Below, piece after piece: positions 1 to 13,708 of a DNA stretch of 64,000 nucleotides; positions within the stretch are counted from its first letter, which is position 1, and every line of letters begins with the position of its first letter. The stretch lies in assembly GCA_963790335.1 (NCBI GenBank), contig CAWBOB010000003.1, forward strand, positions 223,191 through 287,190. Direction: 5' to 3'. The notes under the pieces were generated by a model. The model did not search any database, had not been told where the DNA came from, and saw only the letters and a list, made by a program, of their open reading frames with translations. Origin of the DNA: an uncultured Actinomycetes bacterium (GTDB taxonomy: Bacteria; Actinomycetota; UBA4738; HRBIN12). The translations under genes and the position numbers were made by a program.

Positions 1-259
1 CTACACACCGCGCAAGCCCAACTCGGCCTTGCGCAAGGTCGCGCGCGTGCGGCTCACGAGCGGCTACGAGGTCACGGCCTACATCCCTGGCGAGGGACAC
101 AACCTGCAGGAACACTCGATCGTGCTCGTGCGCGGCGGCAAGGTGAAGGACCTCGCCGGCGTGCGCTACACGATCGTGCGGGGCACCCTCGACACCGCCG
201 GGGTCAGGGGACGCAAGCAGGCCCGTTCCCGCTACGGCGCGAAGAAGAGCGGGGAGTAG
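1..259 (+). CDS. rpsL: 30S ribosomal protein S12, C-terminal part (5' end upstream of window)
   Basis: Frame open from nt 2: [39 protein letters not shown]..., textbook S12; first gene of rpsL-rpsG-fusA-tuf. Confidence 0.95.
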   Translation, partial: YTPRKPNSALRKVARVRLTSGYEVTAYIPGEGHNLQEHSIVLVRGGKVKDLAGVRYTIVRGTLDTAGVRGRKQARSRYGAKKSGE

Positions 260-265
260 CGAGCC

Positions 266-736
266 ATGCCACGCAAGGGTCCTGCCGTTCGCCGTGAGAT
301 CGCGAGCGACCCCGTCTACCAGAACCCGCTCGTCACGCAGCTCATCAACAAGGTGCTGCTCGACGGCAAGAAGACCGTGGCCGAGCGCGCCGTCTACGAG
401 GCGCTCGAGCAGATCAGCCAGAAGACCGCCAACGACCCCGTGATCACCCTCAAGCGCGCCGTCGACAACGTGCGGCCGATGCTCGAGGTCAAGTCTCGGC
501 GGGTGGGTGGCGCTTCCTATCAGGTACCCGTCGAGGTCAGGCCGCAGCGCGGCACGACGCTCGCGTTGCGCTGGCTCGTGAACTACAGCCGGGCGCGGCG
601 CGAGAACTCGATGGCCGAGCGACTCACCGCCGAGATCATGGATGCCGCCAACGGCACCGGTACCTCGGTCAAGCGTCGCGAGGACATGCACAAGATGGCC
701 GAGGCCAACAAGGCCTTCGCGCATTACCGCTGGTGA
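266..736 (+). CDS. rpsG: 30S ribosomal protein S7
   Basis: 156-aa [37 protein letters not shown]...[10 protein letters not shown]; 6 nt after rpsL stop. Confidence 0.97.
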   Translation: MPRKGPAVRREIASDPVYQNPLVTQLINKVLLDGKKTVAERAVYEALEQISQKTANDPVITLKRAVDNVRPMLEVKSRRVGGASYQVPVEVRPQRGTTLALRWLVNYSRARRENSMAERLTAEIMDAANGTGTSVKRREDMHKMAEANKAFAHYRW

Positions 737-797
737 TCGACGAGGATCCTCGGAGCCGGCCTTCCAGGGCCGGTTCTCGACTGAAGGGGGACCGGTG

Positions 798-2960
<2,163 letters not shown>

Positions 2961-2982
2961 GGCCACGAGGGGGAGGATCGAG

Positions 2983-4167
<1,185 letters not shown>

Positions 4168-4226
4168 TAGTCCAGTCGAGACTAGACACCCCCAACAGCG
4201 AACGACCGACGAGAGGCGCGACGACC

Positions 4227-4535
4227 GTGGCAGGACCCAAGATCCGCATCAAGCTCCGGGCCTACGACCACCGTATGCTCGACGTCGCCGCGCGCGACAT
4301 CGTCGAGCACGTGACGCGCACCGGTGCCAAGGTCGTGGGGCCCGTGCCGTTGCCGACCGAGCGTGCGATCTACACGGTCATCCGCTCTCCGCACAAGTAC
4401 AAGGACTCACGTGAGCACTTCCAGATGCTCACCCATAAACGATTGATCGACATCGTCGACGCGACCTCCAAGACGGTCCAGGAGCTTCAGCGCCTGAACC
4501 TGTCCGCCGGGGTCGACATCGAGATCAAGCTCTAA
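4227..4535 (+). CDS. rpsJ: 30S ribosomal protein S10
   Basis: 102 aa, [15 protein letters not shown]...[23 protein letters not shown]; GTG start. Confidence 0.96.
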   Translation: MAGPKIRIKLRAYDHRMLDVAARDIVEHVTRTGAKVVGPVPLPTERAIYTVIRSPHKYKDSREHFQMLTHKRLIDIVDATSKTVQELQRLNLSAGVDIEIKL

Positions 4536-4544
4536 GAGGACCAG

Positions 4545-5207
4545 ATGACCACCGACTCCAACGTGAAGGGCATCCTGGGCACGAAGCTCGGCATGACCCA
4601 GATCTTCGACGAAACCCGTGCGGTGCCGGTCACCGTGATCCAGGCCGGGCCGTGTGTGGTCGCCCAGGTCAAGACCGAGGAACGCGACGGGTACGACGCC
4701 GTGCAGCTCGCCTTCGGCGAGATCCGCGCGAACCGGGTCACGAAGCCGATGAAGGGCCACTACGACGCGAGCTCCGCCGAGCCTCGGCGGCATCTGGTGG
4801 AGCTCCGCACGGCCGACGCCTCGTCGTACGAGCCCGGGCAGGAGATACGGGCCGACGTCTTCTCGGCGGGCGACGTCGTCGACGTCGTAGGCGTGAGCAA
4901 GGGCAAGGGTTTCGCGGGCGTCATGAAGCGCCACGGGTTCGGTGGGCTCAAGGCGAGCCACGGCACGCACCGTGTGCACCGGGCGCCGGGAGCGATCGGC
5001 GCATGCGCCACGCCGAGCCGGGTGTTCAAGGGCATGCGTATGGCGGGCCAGCAGGGCAACGCGCGGGTCACCGTGCTGAACCTGCAGGTGGTGCAGGCCG
5101 ACGCAGGTCGCAACCTGCTGCTCGTGCGCGGCGCGGTGCCGGGCCCCGAAGGCGGCCTCGTCATGGTTCGGTCTGCGGTCAAGTCACCGGCGGCGAAGGG
5201 TGCCTGA
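4545..5207 (+). CDS. rplC: 50S ribosomal protein L3
   Basis: 220 aa, [28 protein letters not shown]...[13 protein letters not shown]. Confidence 0.96.
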   Translation: MTTDSNVKGILGTKLGMTQIFDETRAVPVTVIQAGPCVVAQVKTEERDGYDAVQLAFGEIRANRVTKPMKGHYDASSAEPRRHLVELRTADASSYEPGQEIRADVFSAGDVVDVVGVSKGKGFAGVMKRHGFGGLKASHGTHRVHRAPGAIGACATPSRVFKGMRMAGQQGNARVTVLNLQVVQADAGRNLLLVRGAVPGPEGGLVMVRSAVKSPAAKGA

Positions 5208-5208
5208 G

Positions 5209-5862
5209 ATGGCGACGACGATCGACGTGCACGACGCGCAGGGCAAGAAGGCCGGGTCGCGCGAGCTCGCCCCTGGCATCTTCGAGGCACCGGTGAGCGT
5301 GCCGCTCATGCACCAGGTCGTCGTGGCCGGGCTCGCGAGCATCCGCGCAGGCACGCACTCGACCAAGACCCGTGGAGACGTGCGCGGCGGCGGCAAGAAG
5401 CCGTGGCGGCAGAAGGGCACGGGCCGGGCTCGGCAGGGATCGATCCGCTCGCCCCAGTGGGTGGGTGGCGGCGTCGCGCACGGTCCACACCCTCGTGATC
5501 ACGCCATGCGCGTCAACAAGAAGATGCGCAAGGGCGCCCTGCGGTCCGCGCTCACCGATGCGGCGCGCAGCGGCAAGCTCGCGATCGTCGCAGAGCTCGA
5601 GTTCGACGAGCCGAAGACCAAGCGCGCCACGGCGCTCCTGTCCGCGCTCGACCTCGCCGGCAACGTGCTGCTCGTGCTCGACGCGCCGACCGACGACGGG
5701 GTGATCGAGCGGTCCTTCCGCAACCTGGCCGGCGTGAAGACGGCCTACGCGGGCGGTCTCGGCACCTACGACGTCTTGTGGGCCGATCGCGTGCTGCTCA
5801 CGGGGGCCGCGCTCGACGTGCTCGAAGGCTCCGACCAGGCCGAGGCGGGTGACGCGTCGTGA
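5209..5862 (+). CDS. rplD: 50S ribosomal protein L4
   Basis: TKTRGDVRGGGKKPWRQKGTGRARQGS L4 signature; ATG 5209 lies 2 nt after rplC stop with GAAGGG upstream (GTG 5200 is the ORF-track alternative). Confidence 0.93.
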   Translation: MATTIDVHDAQGKKAGSRELAPGIFEAPVSVPLMHQVVVAGLASIRAGTHSTKTRGDVRGGGKKPWRQKGTGRARQGSIRSPQWVGGGVAHGPHPRDHAMRVNKKMRKGALRSALTDAARSGKLAIVAELEFDEPKTKRATALLSALDLAGNVLLVLDAPTDDGVIERSFRNLAGVKTAYAGGLGTYDVLWADRVLLTGAALDVLEGSDQAEAGDAS

Positions 5863-6146
5863 AGTCGCACCGTGACGTCATCGTTCGCCCGATCGTGTCG
5901 GAGAAGTCCTACGCCGGCCTCGAGCGCAACACCTACACGTTCCTGGTCGACAAGCGGGCGAACAAGACCGAGATCAAGGAAGCCGTGCAGGCGATCTGGG
6001 AGGTGCGGGTCACCTCCGTCAACACGCTCCACCGCCGCGGCAAGGTGAAGCGCCGCGGGTACACCAAGGGCAAGCGTCCCGACGAGAAGCGCGCCGTCGT
6101 CACCCTCGCCGAGGGCGACTCGATCGAGATCTTCGAGGGTGGATGA
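5859..6146 (+). CDS. rplW: 50S ribosomal protein L23
   Basis: 95 aa, [13 protein letters not shown]...[18 protein letters not shown]; 4-nt overlap with rplD. Confidence 0.95.
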   Translation: MKSHRDVIVRPIVSEKSYAGLERNTYTFLVDKRANKTEIKEAVQAIWEVRVTSVNTLHRRGKVKRRGYTKGKRPDEKRAVVTLAEGDSIEIFEGG

Positions 6147-6148
6147 GC

Positions 6149-6979
6149 ATGGCCGTTCGCAAGCACAAGCCCACGACGCCCGGCCGACGCGGATCGAGCG
6201 TCTCGTCGTTCGATGAGATCACGCGCGCGACCCCCGAGAAGTCGCTGCTCGAGAAGAAGCACCGCAGGGCCGGGCGCAACGTGCACGGGCGGATCACCGC
6301 ACGGCACCAAGGAGGCGGTACCAAGCAGCGCTACCGCGTGGTGGACTTCAAGCGGAACAAGGACGGCGTGCCCGCCAGGGTCGCCCACATCGAGTACGAC
6401 CCCAACCGCAGCGCACGGATCGCCCTGCTCCACTACGCCGACGGCGAGAAGCGCTACATCCTCGCGCCGCAGGGCGTGCGTCAGGGCGACCGCCTCGTGA
6501 GCGGACCCGATGCCGAGATCCGTCCCGGCAACGCGCTTCCGCTGCGCAACATCCCGGTCGGCACCGTGGTGCACGCGATCGAGCTGAAGCCCGGCGCGGG
6601 CGCCAAGCTCGCTCGGTCGGCGGGGGCGAGCGTGCAGGTCATGGCCAAGGAAGGCTCGATGGCCACGGTGCGGCTCCCGTCGGGGGAGACCCGCCTCGTG
6701 CCCGCAGCGTCCAAGGCCACGGTGGGCACGGTCGGCAACCCCGAGCACGAGCTCATCTCGCTCGGCAAGGCGGGGCGGGCGCGTTGGAAGAACAGGCGCC
6801 CGAGCGTGCGCGGCGTGGCGATGAATCCTGTCGACCATCCGCTCGGTGGGGGAGAGGGCAAGTCCTCGGGTGGGCGCCATCCCACCTCGCCGTGGGGGAA
6901 GAAGGAAGGACGGACGCGCAGGAAGAACAAGGCGTCGAACAAGTACATCGTCCGTCGTCGTGGGAAGGGGCGTGGCTGA
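6149..6979 (+). CDS. rplB: 50S ribosomal protein L2
   Basis: [15 protein letters not shown]...[15 protein letters not shown]...; ATG 6149 gives the canonical N-terminus (ATG 6143 alternative). Confidence 0.95.
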   Translation: MAVRKHKPTTPGRRGSSVSSFDEITRATPEKSLLEKKHRRAGRNVHGRITARHQGGGTKQRYRVVDFKRNKDGVPARVAHIEYDPNRSARIALLHYADGEKRYILAPQGVRQGDRLVSGPDAEIRPGNALPLRNIPVGTVVHAIELKPGAGAKLARSAGASVQVMAKEGSMATVRLPSGETRLVPAASKATVGTVGNPEHELISLGKAGRARWKNRRPSVRGVAMNPVDHPLGGGEGKSSGGRHPTSPWGKKEGRTRRKNKASNKYIVRRRGKGRG

Positions 6980-7260
6980 TGCCCAGGTCGGTCAAGAAGG
7001 GTGCGTTCGTCGATGAGCACCTCATGGTCAAGATCGTCGACATGAACAAGCGTGGCGACAAGCGTGTGACCAAGACGTGGTCCCGGCGATCCACGATCGT
7101 GCCCGAGATGCTGGGACACACGATCGCCGTGCACGATGGACGCAAGCACGTGCCGATCTTCATCTCGGAGTCGATGGTGGGGCACAAGCTCGGTGAGTTC
7201 GCGCCGACGCGAACCTTCCGCTCGCACGCGCGCGACGAGCGGCGCACGGGGGTCAGGTAG
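6979..7260 (+). CDS. rpsS: 30S ribosomal protein S19
   Basis: [19 protein letters not shown]...[17 protein letters not shown]; ATG overlaps rplB TGA (TGATG); listed ORF start 6784 lies inside rplB. Confidence 0.95.
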   Translation: MPRSVKKGAFVDEHLMVKIVDMNKRGDKRVTKTWSRRSTIVPEMLGHTIAVHDGRKHVPIFISESMVGHKLGEFAPTRTFRSHARDERRTGVR

Positions 7261-7605
7261 GTGGAAGCCCGCGCCAGCATGAAGTACGTGCGCACGTCGC
7301 CGCGGAAGATGCGGCGCGTGATCGACATGATCCGCGGCCAGCACGTGGCCGAGGCTCGCCGCATCCTGCGTTTCTCACCGCTCGGGCCGACGCCCGAGGT
7401 CGAGAAGCTCCTGAGCTCAGCGATCGCGAACGCCGAGCAGCAGCCCGGCGTGATCGCGGAGAACCTCACGGTGGCGCGCGCGTGGGTCGACGAAGGGCCG
7501 ACGCTGCGGCGCTATCGGCCGCGGGCCTACGGCCGCGCGACCAGGGTGCGCAAGCGCACCTCGCACGTGACGCTCGTGGTGGCGACGATGGGAGAGGATC
7601 GCTAG
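7261..7605 (+). CDS. rplV: 50S ribosomal protein L22
   Basis: 114 aa, MEARASMKYVRTSPRKMRRVIDMIRG; GTG directly after rpsS stop. Confidence 0.95.
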   Translation: MEARASMKYVRTSPRKMRRVIDMIRGQHVAEARRILRFSPLGPTPEVEKLLSSAIANAEQQPGVIAENLTVARAWVDEGPTLRRYRPRAYGRATRVRKRTSHVTLVVATMGEDR

Positions 7606-8537
7606 TGGGTCACAAGGTCAACCCGTACGGGTTCAGGCTGGGGGTCATCTACCCCTGGAAATCCAACTGGTACGCCGGCAGGCGCGAGTACGCCACGCAG
7701 GTGCACGAGGACATCTGGATCCGCAAGCACATCCGGTCACGCCTGTCGAGGGCCGGCATCAGCTCCATCGATATCGAGCGCAAGGGCGACCAGATCTGGG
7801 TCTTCATCCGCACGGCCCGCCCCGGCATCGTGATCGGACGCAAGGGCGCGGAGGTCGACCGGCTGCGGAAGGACGTCGAGCGCTACACGAAGAAGCGGGT
7901 CGACGTGAAGGTCGAAGACATGAACCAGGCCGCGAGCGAGTCGCGACCGGAGACCGACGCCACCTTGCTCGCCCAGGGGGTGGCCGAGCAGCTCGCGGGC
8001 CGCGTGGCCTTCCGGCGCGCGATGCGCCGGGCGGTGCAGACGGCCATGCGCTCGGGCGCGCTCGGTGTGCGCGTGGCGACCGGGGGCCGCCTCGGTGGGT
8101 CGGAGATGGGGCGCCGCGAGTGGTATCGCGAGGGCCGGGTGCCCCTGCACACGCTTCGGGCGAAGGTCGACTTCGGCACCGCCGAGGCCAAGACGACGTT
8201 CGGCGTCGTCGGCGTGAAGGTCTGGGTCTACCACGGAGACGAGGTTCCTCACCGCGAGCAGCAGACGGAACGCGCGCTGGCCAGGGCGCACGCCTCCGCT
8301 CAGCAGGTCGACGCCTCTGGCAGGGGCGGAGCATCGCCGGCGCCTGCCGCGGAGCCGACGCCACCTGCCGCGCCGCCCCCAGCCGAGGCCGAGGCAGCGC
8401 CGCCCCCACCCGAGCCATCGCCGGCCGCGCCCGAGGCGGGGGCCACGCCCGGCGTCGCCGGAACGACCACGCCACCCACGCCGGCCGACGATGATGTGCC
8501 CGCCTCCGCCGCCTCGGATGAGGGAGGCGAGGGCTGA
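7605..8537 (+). CDS. rpsC: 30S ribosomal protein S3 with long Pro/Ala-rich C-terminal tail
   Basis: [14 protein letters not shown]...KH domain...[31 protein letters not shown]; GTG 7605 overlaps rplV TAG; the tail begins about nt 8270. Confidence 0.93.
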   Translation: MGHKVNPYGFRLGVIYPWKSNWYAGRREYATQVHEDIWIRKHIRSRLSRAGISSIDIERKGDQIWVFIRTARPGIVIGRKGAEVDRLRKDVERYTKKRVDVKVEDMNQAASESRPETDATLLAQGVAEQLAGRVAFRRAMRRAVQTAMRSGALGVRVATGGRLGGSEMGRREWYREGRVPLHTLRAKVDFGTAEAKTTFGVVGVKVWVYHGDEVPHREQQTERALARAHASAQQVDASGRGGASPAPAAEPTPPAAPPPAEAEAAPPPPEPSPAAPEAGATPGVAGTTTPPTPADDDVPASAASDEGGEG

Positions 8538-8951
8538 TGCTGGCACCGAAGAAGGTCAAGCATCGCAAGGTGCATCGTGGTCACCGTCGCGGCATGGCCA
8601 AGGGAGGCACCGAGGTCACCTTCGGCGACTACGGACTCGTGGCGCTCGAGGGCGCCTGGATCACCAACCGCCAGATCGAGTCCGCCCGTGTCGCGATCAC
8701 GCGTCACATCCGTCGAGGCGGCAAGGTGTGGATCAACATCTTCCCGGACAAGTCGGTGACCAAGAAGCCGGCCGAGACCCGCATGGGCTCGGGCAAGGGC
8801 AACCCAGAGGGCTGGGTGGCGGTGGTCAAGCCCGGGTCGCGTCATGTTCGAACTCGCCGGGGTGCCGGAGTCGCTCGCCCGCGAGGCGATGAAGCGCGCG
8901 CAGCACAAGCTGCCGATCAAGACCAAGTTCATCACGAGGGACGGGGAGTAG
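8537..8951 (+). pseudogene. rplP: 50S ribosomal protein L16, frame broken by one extra nt at about 8837 (probably a sequence error)
   Basis: [15 protein letters not shown]...[15 protein letters not shown] reads in frame 2. The conserved continuation [37 protein letters not shown] reads in frame 0 from 8838, with TAG at 8949-8951. The as-given ORF instead runs on to 9211 across rpmC. Confidence 0.9.
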
Positions 8952-8955
8952 CGCG

Positions 8956-9198
8956 ATGCCGAGCAAGGCCGCCGAGCTGCGAGGGCTGCCCGACGACGAG
9001 CTGTTGGCGCGCGTCGATGGCGCCAAGGAGGAGCTGTTCAACCTGCGCTTCCAGCAGGCCACCGGGCAGCTCGACAACCCCGCCCGCATCAGGGAGGTGC
9101 GCCACGACGTGGCACGCATCGCGACGGTGCTCCGTGAACGCGAGATCGAGGCCGAGCACGGCGCCACCGGGCCTGCGGGCGGCGAGGAGGAACGATGA
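8956..9198 (+). CDS. rpmC: 50S ribosomal protein L29
   Basis: 80 aa, [35 protein letters not shown]. Confidence 0.93.
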   Translation: MPSKAAELRGLPDDELLARVDGAKEELFNLRFQQATGQLDNPARIREVRHDVARIATVLREREIEAEHGATGPAGGEEER

Positions 9199-9479
9199 GC
9201 GACGTGCATGAGGCGACGACGGCTCTCGAGCGGGGCCGGCGCAAGGTCCGCACCGGGGTGGTCATCTCCGACAAGATGGACAAGACCGTGCTGGTGCGCA
9301 TCGACCGCAAGGTGACGCATCCGCTCTACCGCAAGACGGTGCGGCGCTCGTCGAAGCTCGCGGCGCACGACGAGCAGAACGAGGTGCACGTGGGCGACAC
9401 GGTCCGCGTGATGGAGACGCGCCCGATCTCCAAGAGCAAGCGGTGGCGCGTGGTCGAGATCGTCGAACGGGCGAAGTGA
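9195..9479 (+). CDS. rpsQ: 30S ribosomal protein S17
   Basis: 94 aa, [32 protein letters not shown]...; ATGA overlap with rpmC. Confidence 0.95.
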   Translation: MSDVHEATTALERGRRKVRTGVVISDKMDKTVLVRIDRKVTHPLYRKTVRRSSKLAAHDEQNEVHVGDTVRVMETRPISKSKRWRVVEIVERAK

Positions 9480-9522
9480 GCAGCGGCAGGCAACGCAACG
9501 GCACGATGGCGAGGAGCCGGCG

Positions 9523-9891
9523 GTGATCCAACAGGAAACGCGCTGCAAGGTCGCGGACAACACGGGGGCCAAGGAGGTCCTCTGTATCCGCGTGCTGGGC
9601 GGCTCGGGGCGCCGGTACGCGGGCGTCGGCGACATGATCGTCGGCACCGTCAAAGATGCCCTTCCCGGCGGCGGCGTGAAGAAGGGCGAGGTCGTCAGGG
9701 CCGTCGTCGTGCGCACCGCGAAGGAGCGGCGCCGCTCCGACGGCTCGTACATCCGCTTCGACGACAACGCCGTCGTGATCATCAACGACCAGCGGAACCC
9801 ACGAGGCACCCGCATCTTCGGGCCGGTGGCCAGGGAGCTGCGTGAGAAGCGGTTCATGAAGATCATCTCGCTCGCACCGGAGGTGCTGTAG
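9523..9891 (+). CDS. rplN: 50S ribosomal protein L14
   Basis: 122 aa, [27 protein letters not shown]; GTG start. Confidence 0.96.
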   Translation: MIQQETRCKVADNTGAKEVLCIRVLGGSGRRYAGVGDMIVGTVKDALPGGGVKKGEVVRAVVVRTAKERRRSDGSYIRFDDNAVVIINDQRNPRGTRIFGPVARELREKRFMKIISLAPEVL

Positions 9892-9894
9892 CCG

Positions 9895-10233
9895 ATGCCA
9901 GGCGTCGACATCAAGAGAGACGACACGGTCCGCGTGATGGCCGGCAAGGACCGCGGCAAGGAAGGTCGCGTGGTTCGGGTCATGCCCACCGAGGGGCGCG
10001 TCATGGTCGACGGCGTGGCGCTCGCGAAGCGGCATCAGCGCGCCGCCGGACGGGCGAGCGGGTCGAGCCAAGCGATCCAACAGGGGGGCATCATCGACGT
10101 GGAGACGTTCATCGACATCTCCAACGTGCAGCCGGTCTGTCCGAGCTGCGGCAAGCCGACCCGCGTCGGCCACCGCATCGAGAACGACGGCACCAAGGTA
10201 CGCATCTGCCGCAAGTGTGAGGCCGAGCTATGA
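9895..10233 (+). CDS. rplX: 50S ribosomal protein L24
   Basis: 112 aa, [24 protein letters not shown] (KOW motif). Confidence 0.94.
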   Translation: MPGVDIKRDDTVRVMAGKDRGKEGRVVRVMPTEGRVMVDGVALAKRHQRAAGRASGSSQAIQQGGIIDVETFIDISNVQPVCPSCGKPTRVGHRIENDGTKVRICRKCEAEL

Positions 10234-10808
10234 GCGAGCGATACACGCCCAGGATGAAGCAGCGGTTCCGTGAGGAGCTCGTGCCGAAGCTGCGGTCCGA
10301 GCTCGGGCTCGTCAACGTGATGCAGGTGCCCCGCCTCGACAAGATCGTGGTGAACATGGGCATCGGCGACGCCGTGAAGGACGCCCGTCTGCTCGAGGCA
10401 GCCGTCGACGACCTGACGATCATCACCGGTCAGAAGCCGGTGGTGACCAAGGCCCGGAAGTCGATCGCCGGGTTCAAGCTGCGTGAGGGCATGCCGATCG
10501 GGGCCAAGGTCACGTTGCGGGGCGACCGCATGTGGGAGTTCTACGACCGGCTGGTCTCGCTCGCACTGCCGCGCATCCGCGACTTCCGCGGCATGGGCCC
10601 GAGATCGTTCGACGGCCACGGCAACTACACGATGGGCGTGACCGAGCAGCTGATCTTCCCCGAGATCGACTACGACAAGGTGGCCCAGGTCAGGGGCATG
10701 GACATCACGATCGTGACGACCGCGACGACCGACGACGAGGCACGCAGCCTGCTGGTCGCGCTCGGGTTCCCCTTCGCGGGGCTCGAGCAGGTGGCGCAGG
10801 CGGGCTAG
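10230..10808 (+). CDS. rplE: 50S ribosomal protein L5
   Basis: 192 aa, [15 protein letters not shown]...[30 protein letters not shown]. Confidence 0.96.
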   Translation: MSERYTPRMKQRFREELVPKLRSELGLVNVMQVPRLDKIVVNMGIGDAVKDARLLEAAVDDLTIITGQKPVVTKARKSIAGFKLREGMPIGAKVTLRGDRMWEFYDRLVSLALPRIRDFRGMGPRSFDGHGNYTMGVTEQLIFPEIDYDKVAQVRGMDITIVTTATTDDEARSLLVALGFPFAGLEQVAQAG

Positions 10809-10818
10809 GAGAACACAC

Positions 10819-11004
10819 ATGGCCAAGAAGGCACTCAAGAACAAGCAGCAGCGCCAGCCGAAGTTCCGCGTGCGCGCCTACACGCGATGCCAGCGCTGCG
10901 GGCGCGCCCGGGCCGTCTACAAGCGGTTCCTGCTGTGCCGCATCTGCTTCCGCGAGCTGGCGCACGCGGGCGAGCTCCCGGGGGTGACGAAGGCATCATG
11001 GTGA
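10819..11004 (+). CDS. rpsN: 30S ribosomal protein S14, type Z (zinc-binding)
   Basis: 61 aa, MAKKALKNK...CQRCGR...[20 protein letters not shown]; CxxC...CxxC present. Confidence 0.95.
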   Translation: MAKKALKNKQQRQPKFRVRAYTRCQRCGRARAVYKRFLLCRICFRELAHAGELPGVTKASW

Positions 11005-11423
11005 CCAAGGAGCGGCGGTTCTCGAGCAACGTGACCGACCCGGTCGCCGACCTGCTCACGCGCATCCGCAACGCGAACCTCGCCTACAAGGACGACCTGG
11101 CGGTGCCGGTCTCGAAGGTGAACGGCGCCGTGCTCGGCATCCTCGAGGCGGAGGGTTACATCGACGGGTTCGAGCGCGAGGGCGAGGGCGTGCACCAGGC
11201 GTTCCGTGTGCGGCTGAAGTACGACCGCAAGCGGCAGCGTACGATCAGTGGCATCAAGCGCGTGTCGACGCCCGGCAGGCGCGTGTACACCGGGCGCGAC
11301 AAGCTTCCGAGGGTGCTCGGCGGGCTCGGGATCGCGATCGTCTCCACGTCGCACGGCGTGATGACCGACAAGGAAGCGTCCCGCAAGGGCATCGGCGGCG
11401 AGGTGCTCGCTCACGTCTGGTGA
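10998..11423 (+). CDS. rpsH: 30S ribosomal protein S8
   Basis: [20 protein letters not shown]...[12 protein letters not shown] 10998 overlaps the rpsN stop; GTG 11031 (MTDPVADLL) would give the more usual N-terminus. Confidence 0.92.
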   Translation: MVTKERRFSSNVTDPVADLLTRIRNANLAYKDDLAVPVSKVNGAVLGILEAEGYIDGFEREGEGVHQAFRVRLKYDRKRQRTISGIKRVSTPGRRVYTGRDKLPRVLGGLGIAIVSTSHGVMTDKEASRKGIGGEVLAHVW

Positions 11424-11461
11424 GCGAGCATCGGGGCGCCAGACGAGAAGGAACGGACACG

Positions 11462-12013
11462 ATGAGTCGGATCGGGAAGCAGCCAATCGAGATCCCCAAC
11501 GGGGTCGAGATCAGCGTGGGCGAGGGCAACGTGGTCACGGTCAAGGGTCCCCGCGGCGAGCTCGCCCAGCCGATGCACGCGAACATGACGATCGTCGTCG
11601 ATGGCGGGGTCGCGAAGGTCGAGCGCCCCGACGATCAGGGGTTCAACCGGGGCCTCCACGGCCTGACCCGCTCCTTGCTCGCCAACATGGTCGAAGGCGT
11701 CACCAAGGGGTTCGAGAAGAAGCTCGAGATCGTCGGCGTCGGGTACCGCGCGGCCATGAAGGGCAGCGACATCGAGGTGCAGGCCGGCTTCTCGCATCCG
11801 GTGCTCGTGCCGGCACCCGAGGGTGTCGAGTTCGACGTGCCCGCGCCGACGCAGATCGTCGTGCGAGGCAACGACAAGCAGGCGGTCGGTGAGATCGCCG
11901 CCAAGATCCGGAAGATCCGCAAGCCCGAGCCGTACAAGGGCAAGGGCATCCGGTACGAGGGTGAGTACGTGCGCAAGAAGGCCGGCAAGGCCGCGAAGAC
12001 GGGTGCTGCATGA
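11462..12013 (+). CDS. rplF: 50S ribosomal protein L6
   Basis: [17 protein letters not shown]...; ATG 11462 after AGAAGGAA; listed ORF start 11420 overlaps the rpsH stop. Confidence 0.94.
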   Translation: MSRIGKQPIEIPNGVEISVGEGNVVTVKGPRGELAQPMHANMTIVVDGGVAKVERPDDQGFNRGLHGLTRSLLANMVEGVTKGFEKKLEIVGVGYRAAMKGSDIEVQAGFSHPVLVPAPEGVEFDVPAPTQIVVRGNDKQAVGEIAAKIRKIRKPEPYKGKGIRYEGEYVRKKAGKAAKTGAA

Positions 12014-12360
12014 TGGCGAAGCACGAGCGAGCAGCGGCGCGCGAGCGCAGGCATGCGCGTGTGCGCAAGAAGATCGCGGGCGACGGCTCGCGTCCCCGCC
12101 TCGCGGTCTATCGGTCGAACAGGTTCATCTACGCTCAGCTGATCGACGACGTCGCCGCTCGTACGCTCGCCCAGGCCAGCGACCGCGAGGTGACCGGCGA
12201 CGACAAGACATCGCGCGCGAAGGCAACCGGCGAGCTGCTCGCCAGCCGCGCGAAGCAGGCCGGCATCGAGCGCGCCGTCTTCGACCGGGGAGGGCGGCTG
12301 TACCACGGCCGCGTCGCCGCGCTCGCCGACGGTGCGCGCGAGGGAGGACTCCAGATCTGA
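12010..12360 (+). CDS. rplR: 50S ribosomal protein L18
   Basis: 116 aa, [34 protein letters not shown]...[12 protein letters not shown]. Confidence 0.95.
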   Translation: MMAKHERAAARERRHARVRKKIAGDGSRPRLAVYRSNRFIYAQLIDDVAARTLAQASDREVTGDDKTSRAKATGELLASRAKQAGIERAVFDRGGRLYHGRVAALADGAREGGLQI

Positions 12361-12361
12361 C

Positions 12362-13009
12362 ATGAGCAGGCGATACGACTCCAACCAGTCCGACAGGAGC
12401 CCGTTCGAGGAACGGGTCATCTCGATCAACCGTGTGGCCAAGGTGGTCAAGGGCGGCCGGCGGTTCTCCTTCGCCGCGCTCGTCGTCGTCGGCGACGGCG
12501 CGGGTCGCGTCGGCTTGGGCTACGGCAAGGCCAAGGAGGTACCGGCAGCGATCGCGAAGGGCGTCGAGGAAGCCCGCAAGCGCATGTTCGACGTGCCCAT
12601 GATGGGCACGACGATCCCTCACGAGGTCATGGGTGAGGCAGGCGCCGGTGTGGTGATGCTCAAGCCCGCCGCGCCGGGAACCGGCGTCATCGCCGGAGGG
12701 CCGGTGCGGGCGCTCGTCGAGGCGGCCGGCATCAAGGACATCCTGTCGAAGTCACTCGGGAGCTCGAACCAGATCAACATCGTCAAGGCGGCGGTGGCCG
12801 GGCTCCGGTCGCTCAGGCGTCCGCAGCAGGTCGCAGCGCTGCGGGGACGCGATGTGCACGAGGTCGCACCCAAGCCCATGCTCGAAGCCGTCGCCGCCGC
12901 CGAGGTGCGCCTGCAGGCGGCACGCACGGCGGCGCTCGAGGATGTCTACTCCGATCAGCCGTCGCGCGATCAGCGTCGCGGGCAAGGGCCGAGAGGGGGC
13001 AGGCGATGA
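12362..13009 (+). CDS. rpsE: 30S ribosomal protein S5
   Basis: [43 protein letters not shown]; ATG 12362 lies 2 nt after rplR stop. Confidence 0.94.
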   Translation: MSRRYDSNQSDRSPFEERVISINRVAKVVKGGRRFSFAALVVVGDGAGRVGLGYGKAKEVPAAIAKGVEEARKRMFDVPMMGTTIPHEVMGEAGAGVVMLKPAAPGTGVIAGGPVRALVEAAGIKDILSKSLGSSNQINIVKAAVAGLRSLRRPQQVAALRGRDVHEVAPKPMLEAVAAAEVRLQAARTAALEDVYSDQPSRDQRRGQGPRGGRR

Positions 13010-13203
13010 GCCTCCTCAAGGTGACACAGGTGCGAAGCGTGATCGACCGGCCCCGCGATCAGAAGGACACCGTGCGGCGGCTGGGGTTGCATCGCATCAA
13101 CGACTCCGTCGTCAAGGCCGATCGTCCCGAGATCAGAGGCATGATCGGCAAGGTGCGCCACCTCGTCACCGTCGAAGAGGTCGACGACGCCGGCGACGCC
13201 TGA
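13006..13203 (+). CDS. rpmD: 50S ribosomal protein L30
   Basis: 65 aa, [29 protein letters not shown]; ATGA overlap with rpsE. Confidence 0.93.
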   Translation: MSLLKVTQVRSVIDRPRDQKDTVRRLGLHRINDSVVKADRPEIRGMIGKVRHLVTVEEVDDAGDA

Positions 13204-13244
13204 GCGTCGTATCGAAGCGTCGAGAGTCGGAGAGGAAGACACCG

Positions 13245-13685
13245 ATGAAGCTCCACCATCTGAAGCCGGCCGAGGGTGCGAAGAAGGAACGCAAGCGTGT
13301 CGGACGCGGCCGGGCGGGCGTGCGGGGCAAGACGGCCGGTCGGGGGACCAAGGGAACGGGTGCGCGCAAGAACGTGCCGGCCTGGTTCGAGGGTGGCCAG
13401 ATGCCGCTGCAGCGCCGGGTGCCCAAGCTCAAGGGATTCACCAACGTGAACCGCGTCGAGTACGCCGTCGTGAACGTCGAGGTGCTCTCGAAGTACTACC
13501 GCAGCGGCGATGTCACGCCCGATGCCCTGGCCGCACACGGTCTCGTGCACAAAGGCATGCCCGTGAAGGTGCTCGCGCGCGGCGACCTCGACCACGCGCT
13601 CACGGTGAAGGCGCACGCCTTCTCGAAAGCGGCCAAGGCGAAGATCGAGCAGGCCGGCGGACGCGCCGAGCTCATCGAGCCGTAG
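13245..13685 (+). CDS. rplO: 50S ribosomal protein L15
   Basis: [35 protein letters not shown]; ATG 13245 after GGAGAGGAAG; the listed ORF starts far upstream inside rpsE. Confidence 0.94.
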   Translation: MKLHHLKPAEGAKKERKRVGRGRAGVRGKTAGRGTKGTGARKNVPAWFEGGQMPLQRRVPKLKGFTNVNRVEYAVVNVEVLSKYYRSGDVTPDALAAHGLVHKGMPVKVLARGDLDHALTVKAHAFSKAAKAKIEQAGGRAELIEP

Positions 13686-13708
13686 GTGCGGGGGTACGAT
13701 AGACGCCC

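Noticed and set aside
8290-8530. Pro/Ala-codon-rich repetitive DNA as a possible tandem repeat or CRISPR-like array
   Set aside because: It is in frame within rpsC and has no regular repeat/spacer periodicity. It is simply a low-complexity coding tail.
8830-8845. Programmed ribosomal frameshifting as the explanation for the rplP break and the others
   Set aside because: There is no slippery heptamer or stimulatory structure at the sites. Dozens of similar breaks occur in unrelated genes, many at G/C runs and in both +1 and -1 directions. A sequence-quality explanation is far simpler.
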